Shown here piece after piece: positions 1 to 9,814 of a DNA stretch of 64,000 nucleotides; positions within the stretch are counted from its first letter, which is position 1, and each line of letters opens with the position of its first letter. The notes beneath the pieces were generated by a model, which was not told the origin of the DNA, searched no databases, and was given only the letters and a program-made list of their open reading frames with translations. This stretch comes from a virus. The position numbers were made by a program, and so were the translations under genes. The stretch covers positions 54,977 through 118,976 of IMG/VR virus record IMGVR_UViG_3300026533_000002. The stretch is one strand, 5' to 3'.

Positions 1-103
1 AATCAGTGCCATATAACTTAGATCCTGTATAACTAACATACACTACCTTATTACCAGTAAGTCTCTCAAACTCCTCTATCTTTTGCACTACTAAATTCTT
101 CAC
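1..103 (-). CDS. Pol-beta superfamily nucleotidyltransferase (RlaP/Nuc-transf-like), N-terminal part, truncated by window edge
   Basis: Not in ORF track. GTG at 103 after AAGGA reads MKNLVVQKIEEFERLTGNKVVYVSYTGSKLYGTD; GSxLYG is the NTase signature. Overlaps the end of the CCA gene. Confidence 0.65.
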   Translation of the reverse strand, partial: MKNLVVQKIEEFERLTGNKVVYVSYTGSKLYGTD

Positions 104-1277
104 TTACAATCCTTATATGTTCTCTATGAACATGTTGTTTAATAGCATCATTAGAAGGTCTAACCTCTAAAGAATCTAACCACCTCTTAGGTGAGTAACT
201 TTTCATTCTAGATATAGCAGATGTAAACATAATCTCATCTTTAGAATCAAAAGTACGTTTATCTACTGTTGAGTCTCTGCCCATTACATCAGCATTAGCA
301 AACCTTAATAGGTCAATTATAGACTCATTAGTAAACTTCTTTAAGAGTATTACTTTTCTACTATCTCTATTAGAGTGTATAAGAAATATCCTAATATGGT
401 TACTAATTATAAGTAATACATCATTAGATAGTTTAGAAGGGAGCTTTAAAGACTTTAACTCTGACTCTATCAACTCACTCTTTTCATGCCCATGTGCACT
501 ACCTTTGGCAGCATACAGCAGAGGCTTTCCAATATCATGGTAAATAGCAGCTAACTTTAAAGTAGTACTATCTACTAAATCTAATACTCTCATACTATGC
601 TCATACACGGACTTCTCTTGATGGTAGGCACTATCTTCTACACACTTAGTCATTAAGTAGATCTTAGGAAATATAACATCTAGTACTCCTAAATCTTTTA
701 ATGTATCAAAGAATATTCTAGAGTTAGGTAAAGCTAATGCTTTCATTAACTCCATTGTAACTCTTTCCTGTACTAACCCTTCTAGACAATGCTTCATTGT
801 GAGAACTAATTTCTTAGTCTCTTCAGCAATAGTAAAGTCAGGTAGCATAGTCTTAAATCTGGCTAACCTTAGTACCCTAACCGGGTCTTCTTTGAAAGCT
901 TCAGAAGTATGTCTTAGTACTTTAGCTTTAATATCATCGTAACCGTTGTAAGGATCTATAAGAATACCATCTTCAGATAACGCTATTGAGTTCATAGTTA
1001 AATCTCTTCTTAGTAAATCATCCTCTATACTAATATCTTCTACATCTACAGCAAAGTCTGTATACCCTCTACCTGTTGACTTCTCTGATCTAGCTAAAGC
1101 TATTTCGTTACCATTACCATCTAAGAACACTGGGAAACTATTGCCTACTTTCTTATGAGTAGGGAACTGTTTCATGTAAGATTCTACATTGTAACCTGTA
1201 ACTACATAATCTACATCAGAAGGAGGTCTGTCTAAGATTGTATCTCTAACATACCCTCCTACTGTGTACTTAACCAT
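66..1277 (-). CDS. cca: CCA tRNA nucleotidyltransferase with HD domain
   Basis: VGGYVRD, DVD, EDDLLRRDLTMNSIA, DPYNG, FKEDPVRVLRLARF, HD motif AAIYHDIGK. Confidence 0.93.
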   Translation of the reverse strand: MVKYTVGGYVRDTILDRPPSDVDYVVTGYNVESYMKQFPTHKKVGNSFPVFLDGNGNEIALARSEKSTGRGYTDFAVDVEDISIEDDLLRRDLTMNSIALSEDGILIDPYNGYDDIKAKVLRHTSEAFKEDPVRVLRLARFKTMLPDFTIAEETKKLVLTMKHCLEGLVQERVTMELMKALALPNSRIFFDTLKDLGVLDVIFPKIYLMTKCVEDSAYHQEKSVYEHSMRVLDLVDSTTLKLAAIYHDIGKPLLYAAKGSAHGHEKSELIESELKSLKLPSKLSNDVLLIISNHIRIFLIHSNRDSRKVILLKKFTNESIIDLLRFANADVMGRDSTVDKRTFDSKDEIMFTSAISRMKSYSPKRWLDSLEVRPSNDAIKQHVHREHIRIVSEEFSSAKDRGV

Positions 1278-2394
1278 TACAGTTTTGTACTACAGAATCA
1301 GCTAAAGTAGAAGCCATAGTTAGCGCTTGATCTGTCATAGTAAGTATCTCTTCACTTCCACTTGTTACTGATAAACTAGCCATATGGTTAAGTAACCTAT
1401 GAGCTTGAGCTTCTACACTATTACTCTCAGGCAAGTCATATAACTCTGTTATTTCTTTAGCTGTAACTGCAGGCTCAATAGTTGAAGTTCCATCAGTTAA
1501 TCTAAAGTACGTTTCACCAAACATAGAATCCATAGCTTCAATAACTAAGCCATTTCTGAACTCTGTACCAATTTCCAACTTAACTAGAGAAAACCTAGAA
1601 GTAAACTCATCAATAGCTAGCTTTTGTTTGAACCCAGAAGAGTACATTACATTAGTACTATTAACAGCATCTACATGATATAATATACCGTTATGAGAGG
1701 CCCATACTTGCCCTTCACGGACTTCTATCTCTTCAGACGACTCATTACCTACCTCAGGCTCTTCTAGCTCTCTAGACTCATCTGTGTGCATTTCAGCAGG
1801 TGTTGTGTCGGTAAAGTCATAAGTATTATCAACTAAGTCACTGTAATGTAGGATATTCTCTAGTATTAGTAAACTAACACCTCTTACCTTAAAATTACAT
1901 ACTCTACCATCAATCTCACTAGCATCAATAGTTTTAGGTATAGTAACTCTGTAAGACTCTTTACTAGGTAACATAGTAAGGTACATAGACTTAGTCTTAA
2001 CGTTATGATTAGCTACTACTACTTCTGCAGTAAACTCTTTAGGTAAATCTTTAATATTAGTTACAGTAGCTTTAGAAGGAGTCTTACCAACTTCAACTTC
2101 TCCACTATTGTCAACATGTTCACCCAATAAGATTAGTTGATTAACATTGTACTCATGGTTATAAAGTATGGCTACTGAGTAAGTCTTACCTATCTCTAGC
2201 TCTTCGTTCTTCCAAGAAGAGTTATTAGGCTTATTAACAGTTACTGTAGTTAAGGCTCCATCGACAGCCACTGTTAAAGTCAGTGTGTACTGAGTACCAT
2301 AGTTAGTAGTTACTTCGTCTATATCAATTAGATTAATTCTAAAGTTCTCTTCACCAATAAGTTCTTTTAATTCAGTTATTTTTGTTACGTGCAT
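1270..2394 (-). CDS. hypothetical multidomain protein, possible N-terminal OB-folds
   Basis: 374 aa with RBS; beta-rich N-terminus (EVTTNYGTQYTLTL...LEIGKTYSV), acidic linker. Confidence 0.5.
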   Translation of the reverse strand: MHVTKITELKELIGEENFRINLIDIDEVTTNYGTQYTLTLTVAVDGALTTVTVNKPNNSSWKNEELEIGKTYSVAILYNHEYNVNQLILLGEHVDNSGEVEVGKTPSKATVTNIKDLPKEFTAEVVVANHNVKTKSMYLTMLPSKESYRVTIPKTIDASEIDGRVCNFKVRGVSLLILENILHYSDLVDNTYDFTDTTPAEMHTDESRELEEPEVGNESSEEIEVREGQVWASHNGILYHVDAVNSTNVMYSSGFKQKLAIDEFTSRFSLVKLEIGTEFRNGLVIEAMDSMFGETYFRLTDGTSTIEPAVTAKEITELYDLPESNSVEAQAHRLLNHMASLSVTSGSEEILTMTDQALTMASTLADSVVQNCNG

Positions 2395-2422
2395 TGCTTA
2401 TCCTTTTATTTTAATATAGCTA

Positions 2423-3235
2423 CTAAGGAGTACCTAGTAGCTTTACATAGTTATTGTCTGGAAGAAACTTCCTACTAATACTTAGCTTCTTATATGTTTT
2501 AACTTTACCATCTGGCAAGAACTTAGGATCAAATATACTAGTTAATTTAGTATGTAAGTCTAACTTCTCAGCTAATAAGTCATTGTTTAACTCATTAGCT
2601 TTATCAATATCAATATAGAAACCAAAGTGTGTCTGTTCTTGTATAATAGCAGCTGTTTCATGTTCTATTTCAACTACTTTATCTAGCGGAAAGTTATCTT
2701 GCTCTAGTAAGAATAATAAGAAGTTTACAGCTAAGTCAGTATCTCTGTTACAGTAGATAGCCATCTCCTCAGTAAGTCCTGAGAAGTCTTCAAACTCAAT
2801 CTTACTATCTCCTCCCATTCTCTCACCAAAAGCTTTAAGAGAGTACTTTCCCCATAAGCTTTTATCTAATCCTAATCCTGGATCTATAGACATTAAATAA
2901 TCTTTAGAGAATATAATCTTAGATAGAATGAGAGTATCTAATGGTCTAGGTTTTAACTTAATACCTGTTACATTTTCAATAACGGGAACATCAAACCCTA
3001 CACCATTATGAAATGACATATAATCAGCTGTGTTAATTAAAGCTACAGCTTCACCTATACTACCTTTAGAGTATGGAGTCCAGACATTAGTGTATACCTC
3101 AGCTAATGTAGGCTTACCATTAATAATCATAGCAACAGAAATACAGTATATATCATCTATAAATGATAACCCTTCCTTAGGTATGAGTTGAGTTTCAATA
3201 TCTAGAACAGCTACAGTAGCGTTACTTATATCCAT
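2423..3235 (-). CDS. DNA polymerase family A (T7-like), N-terminal part only: 3'-5' exonuclease plus start of thumb
   Basis: ExoI LDIET, ExoII HNGVGFDVP, LDTLILSK, YSLKAFG, ExoIII YCNRDT, then IEHE..QE..GFYID; no polymerase motifs A/B/C. Confidence 0.85.
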   Translation of the reverse strand: MDISNATVAVLDIETQLIPKEGLSFIDDIYCISVAMIINGKPTLAEVYTNVWTPYSKGSIGEAVALINTADYMSFHNGVGFDVPVIENVTGIKLKPRPLDTLILSKIIFSKDYLMSIDPGLGLDKSLWGKYSLKAFGERMGGDSKIEFEDFSGLTEEMAIYCNRDTDLAVNFLLFLLEQDNFPLDKVVEIEHETAAIIQEQTHFGFYIDIDKANELNNDLLAEKLDLHTKLTSIFDPKFLPDGKVKTYKKLSISRKFLPDNNYVKLLGTP

Positions 3236-3879
3236 TAATCATATGAACTAGAGCTACTACTTGAATCTGAACTTGAGCTAGAGTAGCTATCTGAAGAATC
3301 AGATGAACTGTAACTGCTGCTAGAAGAGTAACTTGACCCACTAGAATAACTAGAGTAGCTAGGCTCTATGTAACCTCCAGGAGTTGTAGTAAACGAAGAG
3401 TTATCAACGGAATACTCACTGACTGTTTCAGTTACCTCGTCTATCCTACTGACAAGTTCATTAACTGTACTAGGCAGGGTATCAGGTACGTCATCACTTA
3501 GATCAATTACTTCAGATTCCTTAGGAGTAGCATAAGAAGATTTACATAAGTCTTCTAAGCTATTAGGAGGTACTGCAATATACCCAACATAAGTTTTACT
3601 AAACTCTCTATAAGCGTCAGTATCTTCATCAGCAAATAATACCCATAAGGTTATTACATCATTACCTATGCTACAATGTGAGCCGTCAACTATACCTCTA
3701 AAGTTATACTTAAAATTATACATAGCTTTAAGAGTCCTATTAGTTCCTAACTTCTTATTAGCTTTAACTAATACTTTAGAAGGGAACTTATACTCCATAA
3801 CACTTTCATCTTCAGAGTAACCTTTACTGTCGTTCTTGTTAAATAACCACCTAAACGCTCTTTTAAGTACATCTATCAT
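3235..3879 (-). CDS. hypothetical protein with Ser-rich C-terminal tail
   Basis: Ends SYSSYSSGSSYSSSSSYSSSDSSDSYSSSSSDSSSSSSSYD. Confidence 0.7.
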   Translation of the reverse strand: MIDVLKRAFRWLFNKNDSKGYSEDESVMEYKFPSKVLVKANKKLGTNRTLKAMYNFKYNFRGIVDGSHCSIGNDVITLWVLFADEDTDAYREFSKTYVGYIAVPPNSLEDLCKSSYATPKESEVIDLSDDVPDTLPSTVNELVSRIDEVTETVSEYSVDNSSFTTTPGGYIEPSYSSYSSGSSYSSSSSYSSSDSSDSYSSSSSDSSSSSSSYD

Positions 3880-4457
3880 ATGTTTTCCTTAGTTAATTTA
3901 GCTATTGAGTCTACTATATTCTTATACTTATCTTTAGCATACTCAGCCTTCTTAACTAGAGTTTTCTCTACCTTAAGTGTAGTAGTAGTATCCTCTAGTT
4001 TAGACTCTAAATCAGCTATGCTAGTTGCTTGTATGTTAATAGTATTATCTTTGTCTGCTATCAGGCTCTGTAAGCTCTTTATAGTTTCCTCAGAAGCCTT
4101 AGTACTAGTATTAACTAATTCCTCAACAGTAGTATCTAAATGTAGCTTAAGATCCTTACATAATATATCAGCAACTATAGGTTTACTAGCTAATTTTTCA
4201 CTAGCCTCAGCAGCCTTACGAAGAGACTCAACTTCAATCATTAGTCTCTTATTGTCTACCTCTAGCTTATCTTTATCCAATATAAGTTGTTGGTCAGGTA
4301 CTAGTGAATCCATACTTGCATATAGTTGATTAATATCCTTAGATAAGTAATAAGCTTTAATAAGAGTATTATATAACTCCTCTGCAGTATCACTTGGATC
4401 TATAGAGTTCTCTATATCAGTAAGCCTCTGTTGAAGCTCACTAATCTTATTCATCAC
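3876..4457 (-). CDS. coiled-coil hypothetical protein
   Basis: Heptad-rich, overlaps neighbours in operon. Confidence 0.65.
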   Translation of the reverse strand: MMNKISELQQRLTDIENSIDPSDTAEELYNTLIKAYYLSKDINQLYASMDSLVPDQQLILDKDKLEVDNKRLMIEVESLRKAAEASEKLASKPIVADILCKDLKLHLDTTVEELVNTSTKASEETIKSLQSLIADKDNTINIQATSIADLESKLEDTTTTLKVEKTLVKKAEYAKDKYKNIVDSIAKLTKENI

Positions 4458-5268
4458 CTTGTTCCTGTTTGAACTGAAGCTCTGGATATATTACACTCTC
4501 AAACTTATCTTTAAGAGCTGCTAAGTTATTGTAAGCTTCTTCAGAATCTAAATACTCTTTAATAGGGCCACTGGCATCTTGCATATCAGCTAAGAATCTA
4601 AGTGCTGCTGGGTTATCAGATTCAAACACAGTCTCAGCAATAATGTCATAGAATATCTTCCAGTCTCCTAACATCGAATGAGCTTGTAACATCTTTTCAA
4701 CATACTCTGTTTTACCAACAGTATTAATACTACTAGCTTGATGAACATCATCATCAGACATAGAGTATTCATCTGCTAACCAATCCATAAGAGCTTTCTT
4801 CTTCAATGTCTCTATATTTAAAGTAGCAGTAGACATCTTCTTAACAGTTCTACCTGTATCTTCAGTAGCTTTCTTTAGATTATCTGCAGTTAGCTTACCG
4901 TATTTAGCAATACACACATCACATAAGGCTAATGAGTCTTCTACATCTTGTGTAAGGTATTCACTAGCTGATAGAGACATAGCTACCATATACTTAGCTT
5001 TCACAGCTTCTAGAACCTCTCTCTTCTGTAAGTAACTTATGTACAGTTCAGAAGTTTCTACTGTGTACCCTAACTCATGTACAGCTTGTTCATAAGCTTG
5101 AATAGTTAAGTTAGTACTCAACATAAACAATACAGAACCTTTACCAAAGTACATTAACTCCTTAGAAAAGGCATCAACTCTCTCTAACTGAGCTAATGCC
5201 CACTTAACATCAACGACTCCATCATCTGGCAGTATGACACCAGTATCTATTTCTTTTACTTCATTCAT
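4447..5268 (-). CDS. hypothetical protein
   Basis: 273-aa ORF in tight operon. Confidence 0.65.
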   Translation of the reverse strand: MNEVKEIDTGVILPDDGVVDVKWALAQLERVDAFSKELMYFGKGSVLFMLSTNLTIQAYEQAVHELGYTVETSELYISYLQKREVLEAVKAKYMVAMSLSASEYLTQDVEDSLALCDVCIAKYGKLTADNLKKATEDTGRTVKKMSTATLNIETLKKKALMDWLADEYSMSDDDVHQASSINTVGKTEYVEKMLQAHSMLGDWKIFYDIIAETVFESDNPAALRFLADMQDASGPIKEYLDSEEAYNNLAALKDKFESVIYPELQFKQEQGDE

Positions 5269-5270
5269 TA

Positions 5271-5669
5271 TTATCCTTTTAACACTGTTACCAATGTTTT
5301 ATCTTTAACTACACCAACTACACCTTTAAATAAGCTATACCTGCCATCTTGCAATGTATCCATAGTATAAAGTTGACGTATCAATGCCTTATAAAGCATC
5401 TTAGAAACATCTGCATTAGTAAGTTTATTATTAATACGTTCTTTATACCTGTGTACTGCATGGGCAGATACTGCCAATTCATTGTAGATAGTTGCTTCAC
5501 TAGACTTCTTGTCAGCGAGCATATCTTCTAACTTCTGTAACTTACTATGAAGCTTACTATTAGTAACCTTCAGTGAAAGCCCTTCATCCATTAGTTCATA
5601 TACTTTCTCCCTAGAAGCTGCTAATAACTTTACAGAAGGGCATAGCCAATTTCTTATCTTATCAATCAT
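5271..5669 (-). CDS. hypothetical protein (coiled coil plus SxHAxxRYxER domain)
   Basis: VSAHAVHRYKERI motif, C-terminal LVTV strand. Confidence 0.6.
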   Translation of the reverse strand: MIDKIRNWLCPSVKLLAASREKVYELMDEGLSLKVTNSKLHSKLQKLEDMLADKKSSEATIYNELAVSAHAVHRYKERINNKLTNADVSKMLYKALIRQLYTMDTLQDGRYSLFKGVVGVVKDKTLVTVLKG

Positions 5670-5916
5670 CTACTTTAACCTCATAGGTATACTTCTTTAT
5701 AGTTCTCTCAGATAGACCTGTAGCCAAAGTAGCTGCGTGTAGAAACTTCTTATGGCTAGGTGCTATCTTATTAGCTTGTCTCATTATCCTAGCCTTACCT
5801 TCTTCTATAGAATCCTTATCAAAAGGATTTATAGAGTATCTGGTAGTCTTTATAAACCAATATAGACTACCGTATGTTAAAGGTTCGTTAGGGTAATAAG
5901 GCCTAGAATTAGGCAT
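5662..5916 (-). CDS. small protein, possible C-terminal HTH
   Basis: ATLATGLSERTIKKY. Confidence 0.5.
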   Translation of the reverse strand: MPNSRPYYPNEPLTYGSLYWFIKTTRYSINPFDKDSIEEGKARIMRQANKIAPSHKKFLHAATLATGLSERTIKKYTYEVKVDD

Positions 5917-6484
5917 CTAATACAAGGTATGTTGTTGTTTCTGAAGATGCTGCATTTAATTTAACAGCCCATACCTTTAATGAATTAATCTCTGGTAAGT
6001 TTAATTTCTTAACTGTACCAGTTGCATGGTTTACAGATACAAGTGCAGGTCTTTCTATCCCATCTAACCTCTTACTCATGTTAAACATTGGGACAGTATT
6101 AGTTTCAAAGTTAAATAAGGTAGATACCTTATAGTTAACATAAGTAAAGTCAGAGTGGAAACTACCTTCATCTACAAATACCTTAGACCTATAATCTGTA
6201 AAGAACCTATGGAATAATATACTCATAGTAATATCATAGGGATTACGCTTATTAAGCATATTAACTGCAGTCTCTACAGCTCTCCTATGGTCTTCATAAG
6301 TAACTCTACTTTCATCAGCTATACTGCTATAATTTCTACTAGCCCTGTCTTTATCAAAGTGATAGATATCCCTATCAAATCTAGTAATAGTATCTTCACC
6401 TTTACGTCTAGGCCTTTCAGCCATACGTCTAAATAGCTCTTCTGCTAATACAACCTGTTTTGTTATAGTATTGTGTTTTATCAT
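5909..6484 (-). CDS. hypothetical protein
   Basis: ORF in tight operon. Confidence 0.6.
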   Translation of the reverse strand: MIKHNTITKQVVLAEELFRRMAERPRRKGEDTITRFDRDIYHFDKDRASRNYSSIADESRVTYEDHRRAVETAVNMLNKRNPYDITMSILFHRFFTDYRSKVFVDEGSFHSDFTYVNYKVSTLFNFETNTVPMFNMSKRLDGIERPALVSVNHATGTVKKLNLPEINSLKVWAVKLNAASSETTTYLVLDA

Positions 6485-6663
6485 TAACTACCTCCTAATG
6501 GTAAGATTAATACTAAATTAACAACAAACAAGTATCCAAGTAACAGCCTAGTTATAGCTCTTTCCTGCTTATATAGTAGGTAAGTAGTATGAGACATATG
6601 CTTATGTAAATAGGCTTTATCTAAATCAGAACCATTCCAATATGTAATAAAATCATTAAGCAT
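6484..6663 (-). CDS. small membrane protein
   Basis: C-terminal hydrophobic stretch; likely start is ATG at 6663 after GGAGG. Confidence 0.5.
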   Translation of the reverse strand: MLNDFITYWNGSDLDKAYLHKHMSHTTYLLYKQERAITRLLLGYLFVVNLVLILPLGGS

Positions 6664-7151
6664 TATACCTCCCAAGGCTTAGCTAGAGATGCTTCAGCTA
6701 CTAATGGTTTGATAGCTTTTATACTTTCAACCTCGTCTTGTAACTTCTTCTTAGCAGCATCCTTCTCAGCTTGTTCTTTATCTTTAATAGCTTTCTTCTC
6801 AGCTCTTTCTAAAGCTCTAGCTTCTTTATCAGCTTCCTCAGCTGTCATAGCTTCTAAGCGTTTACTCTCTTCTTCATCGTAAGAATCTATCTGTTCTTGT
6901 GTTCTACCAAATGATGGTAGCTTCACACCTTTAACAGACTTCTTAGTAACTGGTTTAGTAGCTACATTATCAGGGAACTTGCCTATACTTTGCTTAGAAG
7001 AGCTAGAAAGGTCTAAGGTAGGTAAATATACCTGAACAGAGGGTTTATGCTCTGTAGGTTTTAATTTGGACTCAGGCGAGGTACTGAGCAGCTCCATTAC
7101 TTTTATTACTTCAGAAGGAGTAAGTTCTAATGTTATTGATACTTTATTCAT
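6663..7151 (-). CDS. hypothetical protein, charged C-terminal coiled coil
   Basis: AAGGAG RBS; 162 aa. Confidence 0.65.
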   Translation of the reverse strand: MNKVSITLELTPSEVIKVMELLSTSPESKLKPTEHKPSVQVYLPTLDLSSSSKQSIGKFPDNVATKPVTKKSVKGVKLPSFGRTQEQIDSYDEEESKRLEAMTAEEADKEARALERAEKKAIKDKEQAEKDAAKKKLQDEVESIKAIKPLVAEASLAKPWEV

Positions 7152-7171
7152 ATATCTCCTTTAATTTAAGT

Positions 7172-7395
7172 TTATGCTAGCTATAGGGCTTCCACCTATA
7201 GATGTAGTACCTAGCTATATGTTCATAATTACACAAAGTTGCACCTATTATACTTCTATAATTAATCAAGCCTAGGAGTGTCTTTTAGTACTCAGCTTGT
7301 ATCTGTTAGTAATTCCACCACTAGTATAGGTTAGTTTTAGCTAAAGCATAACCAGGCTATGCAGGTAGTTTATACTCATAACTGATGGAGTATTT
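7172..7395 (-). ncRNA. candidate structured intergenic RNA ending in a tRNA T-arm-like hairpin
   Basis: Several hairpins on the minus strand; CTATAGG-TGGAAGC-CCTATAG at 7181-7201. Confidence 0.4.
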
Positions 7396-7398
7396 ACA

Positions 7399-8019
7399 CT
7401 ATTTAGCAGAACCTACATTAATAGTTGGTTGAGATGAGTTCTGTGCAATGTTAACACGAGCTTCTCTCTCTGCATCAATAGTCTTATTAGCTGCTACTAA
7501 AGAAGCTTCAAGATAAGATACTTTATCAGTAAGAGTAGTAACTTTAGCTGCTACTTCAGCATTAGCTATTTGATGTTCAGCTGTCAATGCTTGAATCTTA
7601 GAGTCTAGTTCTCTTTTAGCTTCATCTTTAAGCTGTTGCTTAATAGCTAAGATAGAAGCATCTGCTTGTGCTTGAATAGTAACTTCTTTATTCTCTAACT
7701 CAAGTAAGTCATCTCTGTTAATAGTAACTACATTACGAACTGTCAGTAATTTCTTTAATTCAACCTCTTCATTCTCACGAATCTTAAGTTTAAGCTCAAC
7801 TTCTGCATTACGTACTTTAAGTGAATACTCTTCATTTAAGCCTTGTAACTCAGCTTGTTTAGCATCAACTTCCTCGTTAATAGATGTAACTGTATCTTTA
7901 AACTTCTCAATAGAATTAAGAACTTTAGTTAAATCTGCTGCTGATTTCTCTAATGCTTTAGAAGCTTTTAAAGTCTCTACTGATGTTGCTTTACTTGGTG
8001 TTGTTTTCTGTACTGCCAT
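7399..8019 (-). CDS. long coiled-coil protein
   Basis: Continuous heptads over ~170 aa. Confidence 0.7.
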   Translation of the reverse strand: MAVQKTTPSKATSVETLKASKALEKSAADLTKVLNSIEKFKDTVTSINEEVDAKQAELQGLNEEYSLKVRNAEVELKLKIRENEEVELKKLLTVRNVVTINRDDLLELENKEVTIQAQADASILAIKQQLKDEAKRELDSKIQALTAEHQIANAEVAAKVTTLTDKVSYLEASLVAANKTIDAEREARVNIAQNSSQPTINVGSAK

Positions 8020-8063
8020 TGTTAAATGCCTTATATTAGTTTATGTGTATACTTATATACCGC

Positions 8064-8741
8064 TTACACTAAAGCGGACTTGCTATCAATTAACTTTAAA
8101 GTTTTAACTAGTAACTTAGCTTTACTAAGTGTCTCCGCTTCGTCTGGTTTTGAGTTTGTACGAGCTTTATACTCTTCATATTCTCTGTAATATTCAGTTA
8201 ATAAATCTTCTATAACTGTTAAGTTCTTAGCCTTATTCTCTAGCTTCCACATTTCTAAAGCTAGTATCCTATTAACTAAATGCCCTCCAGTCACAGCATT
8301 AGTAAAAGAATCTGAGTATGTGTTAAATACATGGTTATAATATTGAGTATTAGCTCCAACTATTTTAGCTAATCCAAATACAGCTGTGTATGTATTATGA
8401 TCATGTATTACATTCTCTGTATACTTAAATGTTTCTAAATACTCTTCATAAGTGAATAGGCTAGTTGCATTGCTGTTTACTTTTTTACTTGTTATCTGTT
8501 TACAGATGTACGACATATTATCTAGTATATAAGCAGGCAGTGATCTACTAGACTTAGAGTCGAATAGATGAACAAGATAAGCACTGTACCTATATTCCAG
8601 CACAAGTTCATCATCGTTTAACCTACGTACTCCCCAATAATCTGATATACAGTCAGAAGCTCTAAGTAACTCCTCTATCTCTTTGATAGTAGTTACATCT
8701 TTAGCATAAGACATTGCTGCCTTGAATTCAAATAAGTTCAT
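8064..8741 (-). CDS. hypothetical protein
   Basis: 225 aa, RBS. Confidence 0.6.
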   Translation of the reverse strand: MNLFEFKAAMSYAKDVTTIKEIEELLRASDCISDYWGVRRLNDDELVLEYRYSAYLVHLFDSKSSRSLPAYILDNMSYICKQITSKKVNSNATSLFTYEEYLETFKYTENVIHDHNTYTAVFGLAKIVGANTQYYNHVFNTYSDSFTNAVTGGHLVNRILALEMWKLENKAKNLTVIEDLLTEYYREYEEYKARTNSKPDEAETLSKAKLLVKTLKLIDSKSALV

Positions 8742-9775
8742 TATATTCCTTTAATTACTTTAGTAGCATATACATACTTTTGTCTAATATCTAGTACTTC
8801 TTCCTCATATACAGGCTTGTTTATCTCATCTTTAAGTTGTTTAAGTAGCACATGTAGAGGAGAATCTTTCTTAGCTTGGATCTTATTTATTAGGGCAGTT
8901 AGTATCAGTATCTGATCTATTACTACAGGTACTTGATCTTTTTTAATCCTTGTACTTCTGTCTAGGCCAGTTACAAACTTATGCATAGTGCTAGGCTGCA
9001 TAGATTTAAAGTTCAATGATAATGGCAAGCCTAGCTCTTCTGCTACATTCCAATAAGCGTATATTGACATATAGAAATGTTTACTAACAGTGTCTTCTAT
9101 TTCACTTGCTATTCTTTCAGTAGCATCTTTATCATCACTAGAAAATCCTTCTATAACTTTAATTGGCCCACCCTTACACCATCTACATGTAGTTATTGTA
9201 AGTTCTACAAAGTCTTTTGATTTAGTAGAATGGTCCCATATAAGAGTTAAGAACTTCATACCTATCTCTGATGTGTCTACTTGTTTAAGGTATCTAATAG
9301 CATCTTTACCTGTTAGATTACTTTTTAAACTATTTAAATAGCGTTCAAATAAGTTATAAGCAAACATATCCATCTTTAACTCTTTCTTAGTCTCGTTAAA
9401 TTTAGCTTCTCTTCTCTTCTCTATCGCTTTATTTTTAAATGTAGTTAATAAGAAGTCACCTAACTGTTCTCTAGTCATAAATGATGACTCAACAACTACA
9501 GTACTTCCATACGCAGAACTATTTTCTATAGCTAACTTTGCTATAAGTATATTATCAGAATAATACTTATAATCTGTATGGTGTAAATGTATTTGATTAG
9601 CCACTAACTGCCAATATAGTTCTTCTGTATCTTCTTTTAGCTGCCTATATACAGAAGTCTTGTCTTCATTCGAGTTTAATACTCTAATAGCTTCTTTAGC
9701 TTTAGTAGTAGCTTCTTCGTCAGCTAGTACCTCTTCGAAGTACTTCTTAAAATCTTCATTAGCATTTGTGTGCAT
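8741..9775 (-). CDS. hypothetical protein
   Basis: 344 aa, AAGGA RBS. Confidence 0.65.
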   Translation of the reverse strand: MHTNANEDFKKYFEEVLADEEATTKAKEAIRVLNSNEDKTSVYRQLKEDTEELYWQLVANQIHLHHTDYKYYSDNILIAKLAIENSSAYGSTVVVESSFMTREQLGDFLLTTFKNKAIEKRREAKFNETKKELKMDMFAYNLFERYLNSLKSNLTGKDAIRYLKQVDTSEIGMKFLTLIWDHSTKSKDFVELTITTCRWCKGGPIKVIEGFSSDDKDATERIASEIEDTVSKHFYMSIYAYWNVAEELGLPLSLNFKSMQPSTMHKFVTGLDRSTRIKKDQVPVVIDQILILTALINKIQAKKDSPLHVLLKQLKDEINKPVYEEEVLDIRQKYVYATKVIKGI

Positions 9776-9814
9776 ATCTATCCTTATTGTTTAATTTAGA
9801 GTAAAGCCTAAGCC

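Noticed and set aside
3235-3370. Ser-rich low-complexity tail as a DNA repeat element
   Set aside because: Codons are heterogeneous; such tails are common in phage proteins
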